Shown: piece by piece, positions 42,910 to 46,780 of the stretch
Layout of the letters: every line of letters begins with the position of its first letter
Position numbering within the stretch: position 1 is the first letter of the stretch
Source of the DNA: an uncultured Candidatus Peregrinibacteria bacterium
GTDB taxonomy: Bacteria > Patescibacteriota > Gracilibacteria > Peribacterales > Peribacteraceae
DNA: 46,780 nt
NCBI GenBank assembly: GCA_903822115.1
Contig: CAIJNU010000040.1
Coordinates: 1-46,780 of the forward strand
Reading direction: 5' to 3'
The notes under the pieces: model-generated
The model's database searches: none
Told to the model about the DNA's origin: nothing
Seen by the model: only the letters and a program-made list of their open reading frames with translations
Program-made: the position numbers and the translations under genes

Positions 42910-43566
42910 ATGAAGAAATTTTTCATCGGAGCGATCGCTGGAGCAGTGGCTCTCACCGTGGCGGTTCCTCTCCTCGCGCAGATCACGAGTGCTCAGGAAG
43001 ACGGATCATCGTCATCTACACCGCCCACCCGTCCTGCGCTCACGCAGGCGTGTGTTCTCGCCATGTCCGGACTTGAAGATACGTATTTGACGCATTTCGA
43101 TGTGTTCTCAGCGGCGCAGAAGACCGCACTGCAGGCGCGAAGCACCGCCCTTAAGGCCGCAGCTGCGGTTGCGGATGATGCGCAGCGTCAGGCAGCGGTG
43201 AAGAAGGCGAATGATGATTTCATTGCAGCCTCCAAGGCGGCGTGGCAGACATCGGCTGTGGATATGCAGACGGCAATGACGAGTGTGACAACGGCGTGCG
43301 GCAATGTTCGCGGATGGAAAGGTCTCGATGGATTGGGACTCGGCATCGGCCCGATGATGGGTGATGGCATGATGCGTGGCCCAGAAGGAAGGCCCGAAGG
43401 CGGCTCTGGATCCATGATGGGCGAGCGTGGCATGATGCGCGGTCTTCATCTTGGGCAGGACGATGCCAATCATCAGCCGAATACGGGTTCCGGTCGTTGG
43501 ATGATGAGGCAGAACTTCAGGCTTGAGCGTCATGCTGGATCCAGTAGTTCAGCATCGACGAAATAA
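42910..43566 (+). CDS. Secreted protein with a helical Ala-rich core and a Met/Gly-rich C-terminal tail
   Basis: It has the signal peptide MKKFFIGAIAGAVALTVAVPLLAQITSA. The tail is GIGPMMGDGMMRGPEGRPEGGSGSMMGERGMMRG...RWMMRQ. Confidence 0.65.
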   Translation: MKKFFIGAIAGAVALTVAVPLLAQITSAQEDGSSSSTPPTRPALTQACVLAMSGLEDTYLTHFDVFSAAQKTALQARSTALKAAAAVADDAQRQAAVKKANDDFIAASKAAWQTSAVDMQTAMTSVTTACGNVRGWKGLDGLGLGIGPMMGDGMMRGPEGRPEGGSGSMMGERGMMRGLHLGQDDANHQPNTGSGRWMMRQNFRLERHAGSSSSASTK

Positions 43567-43592
43567 ATGCGCAGAAGTGGTGTGATGGAAAG

Positions 43593-43620
43593 AGGCTGCC
43601 CGGGGGCGGCCTTTTTCTTG
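43593..43620 (+). terminator. Intrinsic terminator between convergent genes
   Basis: AGGCTGCC-CGGG-GGCGGCCT (8-bp stem including one G-U pair) is followed by TTTTTCTT. Confidence 0.7.
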
Positions 43621-43636
43621 CGTTGGATATTCCTTC

Positions 43637-44890
43637 TCACGTCGTGTAAGTGACAGTTGGATTTTGTTCTTCCACGAAGAAGGTGATTGCCATTGGAGCG
43701 CTTGTCTCTCCTCTCAAGTTCAGAATTTGTGCGAGTTGTATGCGCACGGAGGCTAGTTCCTCTTCCAGTCTTTCCTTTGCGTACTGGAGCTGGCGGTTCT
43801 CGCTGTTGCGTAGGCGGAACTTATACTGCCGAGGGTGCTCATGTTCCAATTGCTTTAGGGCGAGTTCCTTGTTTTTCTTCTGCCTCGCCTCAGCAAGATC
43901 GATCGTACTATTCACAATCGTCTCTCGGAGCGATTGGAATGTTTGATCTGACCCTTGAAGATCGTGCTCATCTCTCTCCACTGCACGGAGAATACCTTCC
44001 CCGAGGAGCGCTCCTCCTCCTGCGATGGATGGATTGAATTGTTCGGGAAGAGTGGCGCGAATTTCGCGCAATTGCTCAGCCCGTTCCTCATCTGGGAGCT
44101 GTGCGAATTCTTTTCGTTGCTGTCTGGAGGGTAAACCGTACGTCACGAGGACGCTCTCATCGTCGTAATTGAGAAAACTTCTCAGTATTTCGCTCGTGGA
44201 AACTTCGCGCTGAAAAGAGGTGATGATGTCATCGATGAATGCGGGGGTGAGCGGAGCTGAGCCGCGCAGGTAGAGCACGAATTCGTCCCCCCCCGTCGCC
44301 ATTGGAATGACGCGGACGCCGGCCTCTTGAATCCGTTTATTCGTGGGGCCATTGGGATCGACGAGAATACGAACGATTTGCTGGAGGAAGTGTGTCGTGT
44401 GTTCGTGCGATGTGCAGTCTTTGAAGGAGCGCAGCCCGTCGACGTCAAACATGATCCAGCCGAATTCCTTCATGCGTTCCGGCGACGGATTCTCGGCCAT
44501 GAGCTTGCGGAGATCGAAACGGAACGTCCATGAGCCGAACGTTGCTGAGTTGATGGGGGCGTCGGTGGTGGAGAGCGTGGATTCGAACCAATGATTCTGG
44601 TACATCTCCTCAGTCACTCTCTGTTTCATATTGGCAATTCTCTGTGCCAGTTCACTATCATCCCATCCCTCTCGATCCTTCATCTCTGCCAATCGTTTTG
44701 CTTCTTGTCTGATGAGCGCACGGAGAGCTTTTTGCGTGGTTTCTCCGATGATCTGACTACTCATTCCTTCCATGATGCGTTCCTCATCACTTTTCTCTCC
44801 TGCGGAATCCGCATGCAGCGCCTTCATGCGCTGGAGCACGCGACTCAATATTCCAGGTTGCCGTTCGGATTCGGGGAGGATATCGGGCAT
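43637..44890 (-). CDS. Divergent GGDEF-domain (diguanylate-cyclase-like palm) protein with coiled-coil-rich flanks
   Basis: FGWIMFDVDGLRSFKDCTSHEH...FLQQIVRIL...VRVIPMATGGDEFVLYLRG aligns without gaps to the GGDEF consensus (DxD....D...H ... GGDEF). There is no RxxD I-site five residues upstream. The start is ATG 44890 or 44944. Confidence 0.65.
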   Translation of the reverse strand: MPDILPESERQPGILSRVLQRMKALHADSAGEKSDEERIMEGMSSQIIGETTQKALRALIRQEAKRLAEMKDREGWDDSELAQRIANMKQRVTEEMYQNHWFESTLSTTDAPINSATFGSWTFRFDLRKLMAENPSPERMKEFGWIMFDVDGLRSFKDCTSHEHTTHFLQQIVRILVDPNGPTNKRIQEAGVRVIPMATGGDEFVLYLRGSAPLTPAFIDDIITSFQREVSTSEILRSFLNYDDESVLVTYGLPSRQQRKEFAQLPDEERAEQLREIRATLPEQFNPSIAGGGALLGEGILRAVERDEHDLQGSDQTFQSLRETIVNSTIDLAEARQKKNKELALKQLEHEHPRQYKFRLRNSENRQLQYAKERLEEELASVRIQLAQILNLRGETSAPMAITFFVEEQNPTVTYTT

Positions 44891-44986
44891 GGAGATGTGG
44901 CAGTGAGAGGGGAGCGGGATATGTGGCGATCTTCTATAGTGCAATATCCATTAAGAAATGATTAACGCAAGTGAGGGAGATTTGCA

Positions 44987-45011
44987 ATGCCCCTCGACAA
45001 TTGAGGGGCAT
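44987..45011 (-). terminator. Perfect 9-bp hairpin 33 nt downstream of the Ig-like gene stop (no U-tract)
   Basis: The sequence is ATGCCCCTC-GACAATT-GAGGGGCAT. No T-run follows on either strand, so terminator function is uncertain. Confidence 0.35.
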
Positions 45012-45043
45012 GGGAATTCGCAGCGATGATGCGCCGGTCGAGC

Positions 45044-46021
45044 TTACCTCCACCAAGGAGGGCGCGGAGTCTGGGGGCGGGGGCGGTAGGAGGAGTAGTT
45101 CGACTGCTGAAAGTACGTCGGTCTCCAGGGCGCGCGATAAGTGGGCTGAGAGGAATAGTATGGGTAGGGATAGGGAGGAAGCTGGAACACGGGCATGGGT
45201 CTCGAGTAGTTGTAGCCGTTGTTGTAATAATAGTTATTGTAATTGTTGTAGTAGACACGCGCGTTGATCGTTTCCGCGATCGTCGGGGAGTAGCTGGTGG
45301 CATTGCGTCCGTCGCCGTTGTAACGCGCGACGATGCTGTGCGTTCCCACGGCGAGCTGCGATGTGCTGAAGGGGGCCACGCCGTTCCCAACGAGAATGAC
45401 GGTGCCGATGTTCGCGCCATTGTCGAGGAATGTCACCGTTCCAGTCGGGTTCACTCCGCCTGAGACGCGCGCCGTGAACGTCACGACGTCACCGTTCCAC
45501 GCGGGGTTGGTGCTCGAGGTGATGGAGACGCTCGTCTGGGTGTTGTAGTAGGGATAATTGTACGAACCGTTATTGTAGTAATTCCCGTTGTAGTAGTTTC
45601 TATTGTAGTAGTTTCCGCTCGAGTAATTCCCATAGTAGTAGTTGGAATTTCCTGCGGTCACGCTCTGTGTCAGATACCCGGAGCGCAGGGACGCGTTCAG
45701 GTAGTCGCCGCTGTAGGTCGCAGAGATGGAGTGCGTGCCGACGCTGAGTTGAGAGATGCTGAATGTGGCGACGCCATTGGATTGGACCGGGACGGTTGCG
45801 AGAACGGAGGAGCCGTCGTAGAACGTCACCGTTCCATTGGGATAATTCGTGTTGATGAAGGCCGTGAATGTCAGCACGTCCCCGTAGGCGGCGGGATTTT
45901 CGTTCGACGTCACGGAGAGGATTGTGCTCTGGGCGCTGGCTTGCTGAAGGGGCAGGGCTACGAAGAGTGCCGCTGCGGCGAGCGGGGCCGCGAATGTAGT
46001 GAGGAGACGTCGGTAACTCAT
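45044..46021 (-). CDS. Secreted protein with two Ig-like (Big_3-type) domains separated and followed by Asn/Tyr-rich low-complexity tracts
   Basis: It has the signal peptide MSYRRLLTTFAAPLAAAALFVALPLQQASA. Two homologous ~90-aa units are present (GDVLTFTAFI...GTVTFYDGSSVLATVPV..NGVATFS.SQLSVGTHSISATYSGD and GDVVTFTARV...GTVTFLDNGANIGTV...NGVAPFSTSQLAVGTHSIVARYNGD). The tracts are NSNYYYGNYSSGNYYNRNYYNGNYYNNGSYNYPYYN and YYNNYNNYYYNNGYNY. The start is set by the promoter at 46068..46096. Confidence 0.8.
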   Translation of the reverse strand: MSYRRLLTTFAAPLAAAALFVALPLQQASAQSTILSVTSNENPAAYGDVLTFTAFINTNYPNGTVTFYDGSSVLATVPVQSNGVATFSISQLSVGTHSISATYSGDYLNASLRSGYLTQSVTAGNSNYYYGNYSSGNYYNRNYYNGNYYNNGSYNYPYYNTQTSVSITSSTNPAWNGDVVTFTARVSGGVNPTGTVTFLDNGANIGTVILVGNGVAPFSTSQLAVGTHSIVARYNGDGRNATSYSPTIAETINARVYYNNYNNYYYNNGYNYSRPMPVFQLPPYPYPYYSSQPTYRAPWRPTYFQQSNYSSYRPRPQTPRPPWWR

Positions 46022-46067
46022 GAGAACGGGGGAAGAGAGGATGAAAAGACTAGACTTGATCGCAGTA

Positions 46068-46096
46068 CTTATAAACATTATTGATGTATTTGTCAA
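46068..46096 (-). promoter_or_regulatory. Near-consensus sigma-70-type promoter (TTGACA - 17 nt - TATAAG) for the Ig-like gene
   Basis: The minus strand reads cTTGACAaatacatcaataatgttTATAAGtact. It lies inside the upstream extension of the ORF-track ORF, which argues for the ATG at 46021. Confidence 0.6.
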
Positions 46097-46108
46097 GTAT
46101 TTTCCACT

Positions 46109-46780
46109 TTACTCTCCTTTGGCTTTTCTCGAGAAACCACGGCGCAGCAGAGCATCCTGACGCGCGGGGGGGAGCGTATCCACATAGGCGAGGTAGTCGC
46201 GGACGACAGGATTATCGTGAGCGCGGCGGTAAGCCATTTTCTTGTCGATGCCGTAGAGACCCTCGATGCGTTTCTTCACGAGTGCGAAGGTGTTGGGGAT
46301 CGGTTGTCCGCCTCCTCCGATGCACCCTCCCGGACACGCCATGCACTCCACGTAGTCATAAGCATTCGAATCCTTCGCGATCTCGCGCAGAAGCGGCCAG
46401 AAGTTCTTCGGCATCGCCACGACGGCGACGGAAATCGTGCGCTCACCGACGGAGATCTTCGCGCGCTTGAATCCGTCGAATCCGCGGACGGCGGTGAACT
46501 CGATCGACGGGGAATCCTCTCCCGTGAGCATGCGGTACGCGGTGCGAAGAGCGGATTCCATCACGCCGCCGGATGCGCCGTAGATGGCGCCCGCTCCGGA
46601 GTAAGTCCCTTCCTTGTCCACCTCGCCTTTCTTGAGCCGGGGGAGATCGATTTTCCGGGTCTTGAGGAGAGAGATGAGTTCGCGGGTAGTGAGGACGAAG
46701 TCCACGGGTTTCATGCCGTCGATATTGAGGTGCTCGAAAGTGGATTCGTACTTTTTCGAGGTGCACGGCATGATGGAAAC
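46109..46780 (-). CDS. [FeFe]-hydrogenase catalytic subunit, C-terminal part (5' end beyond the window)
   Basis: H-cluster motifs MPCTSKKYE (L2) and MACPGGCIGGGGQP (L3) are present, plus a small-subunit-like C-terminal segment. The reading frame is open to the window edge. Confidence 0.9.
   Translation of the reverse strand, partial: VSIMPCTSKKYESTFEHLNIDGMKPVDFVLTTRELISLLKTRKIDLPRLKKGEVDKEGTYSGAGAIYGASGGVMESALRTAYRMLTGEDSPSIEFTAVRGFDGFKRAKISVGERTISVAVVAMPKNFWPLLREIAKDSNAYDYVECMACPGGCIGGGGQPIPNTFALVKKRIEGLYGIDKKMAYRRAHDNPVVRDYLAYVDTLPPARQDALLRRGFSRKAKGE

Overview
This is a GC-rich (by eye) 46.8-kb bacterial fragment, tightly packed with housekeeping genes on both strands. I found no rRNA, CRISPR array, transposase, integrase or recognisable phage or defence module.

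Recognised genes:
- Energy and carbon metabolism: two-subunit 2-oxoacid:ferredoxin oxidoreductase, gpmI, and a partial [FeFe]-hydrogenase at the right edge.
- Translation and RNA: trmD, efp, gatB, def, rlmD-like, rlmH, and one tRNA-Glu(CUC).
- Nucleotide and folate metabolism: guaA, thyA-folA, folE/folK/folB.
- Nitrogen: a glnA-amt operon.
- DNA repair: a DnaQ-like exonuclease and nth.
- Regulation: an ECF sigma / anti-sigma pair and a TrmB-like regulator.
- Secretion: secD.
- Envelope glycans: a GT2 glycosyltransferase, a TagA-like transferase, a UDP-GlcNAc 2-epimerase, an O-antigen-ligase-like protein, a sugar nucleotidyltransferase and an N-terminal fragment of a polyprenyl glycosylphosphotransferase.

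Gene content (small compact genes, DUF5652- and DUF5667-like proteins as I recall those families) hints at an uncultivated small-genome lineage such as CPR/Patescibacteria. That is only an inference.

Non-routine signals:
1. A structured ~107-nt repeat occurs twice in inverted orientation (1..107 and 40247..40354). The window starts inside one copy, and the other lies in an unusual 440-nt non-coding, hairpin-rich region.
2. An AT-rich ~75-nt palindromic element sits in frame inside the O-antigen-ligase-like gene.
3. A single in-frame TAG splits an otherwise intact UDP-GlcNAc 2-epimerase.
4. A lower-GC island (25035..26440) carries an orphan internally duplicated gene behind a near-consensus promoter. 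It is bracketed by 51-bp direct repeats and followed by a chimeric gene fragment.
5. secD has a parvulin PPIase domain embedded in its periplasmic domain and is preceded by a lipoprotein paralogue of the SecD periplasmic domain.
6. An orphan divergent GGDEF-domain protein lies next to an Ig-like secreted protein with Asn/Tyr-rich tracts.
7. tRNA-like minihelix repeats lie upstream of tRNA-Glu.

All calls come from reading the translations and sequence. No database search was run.
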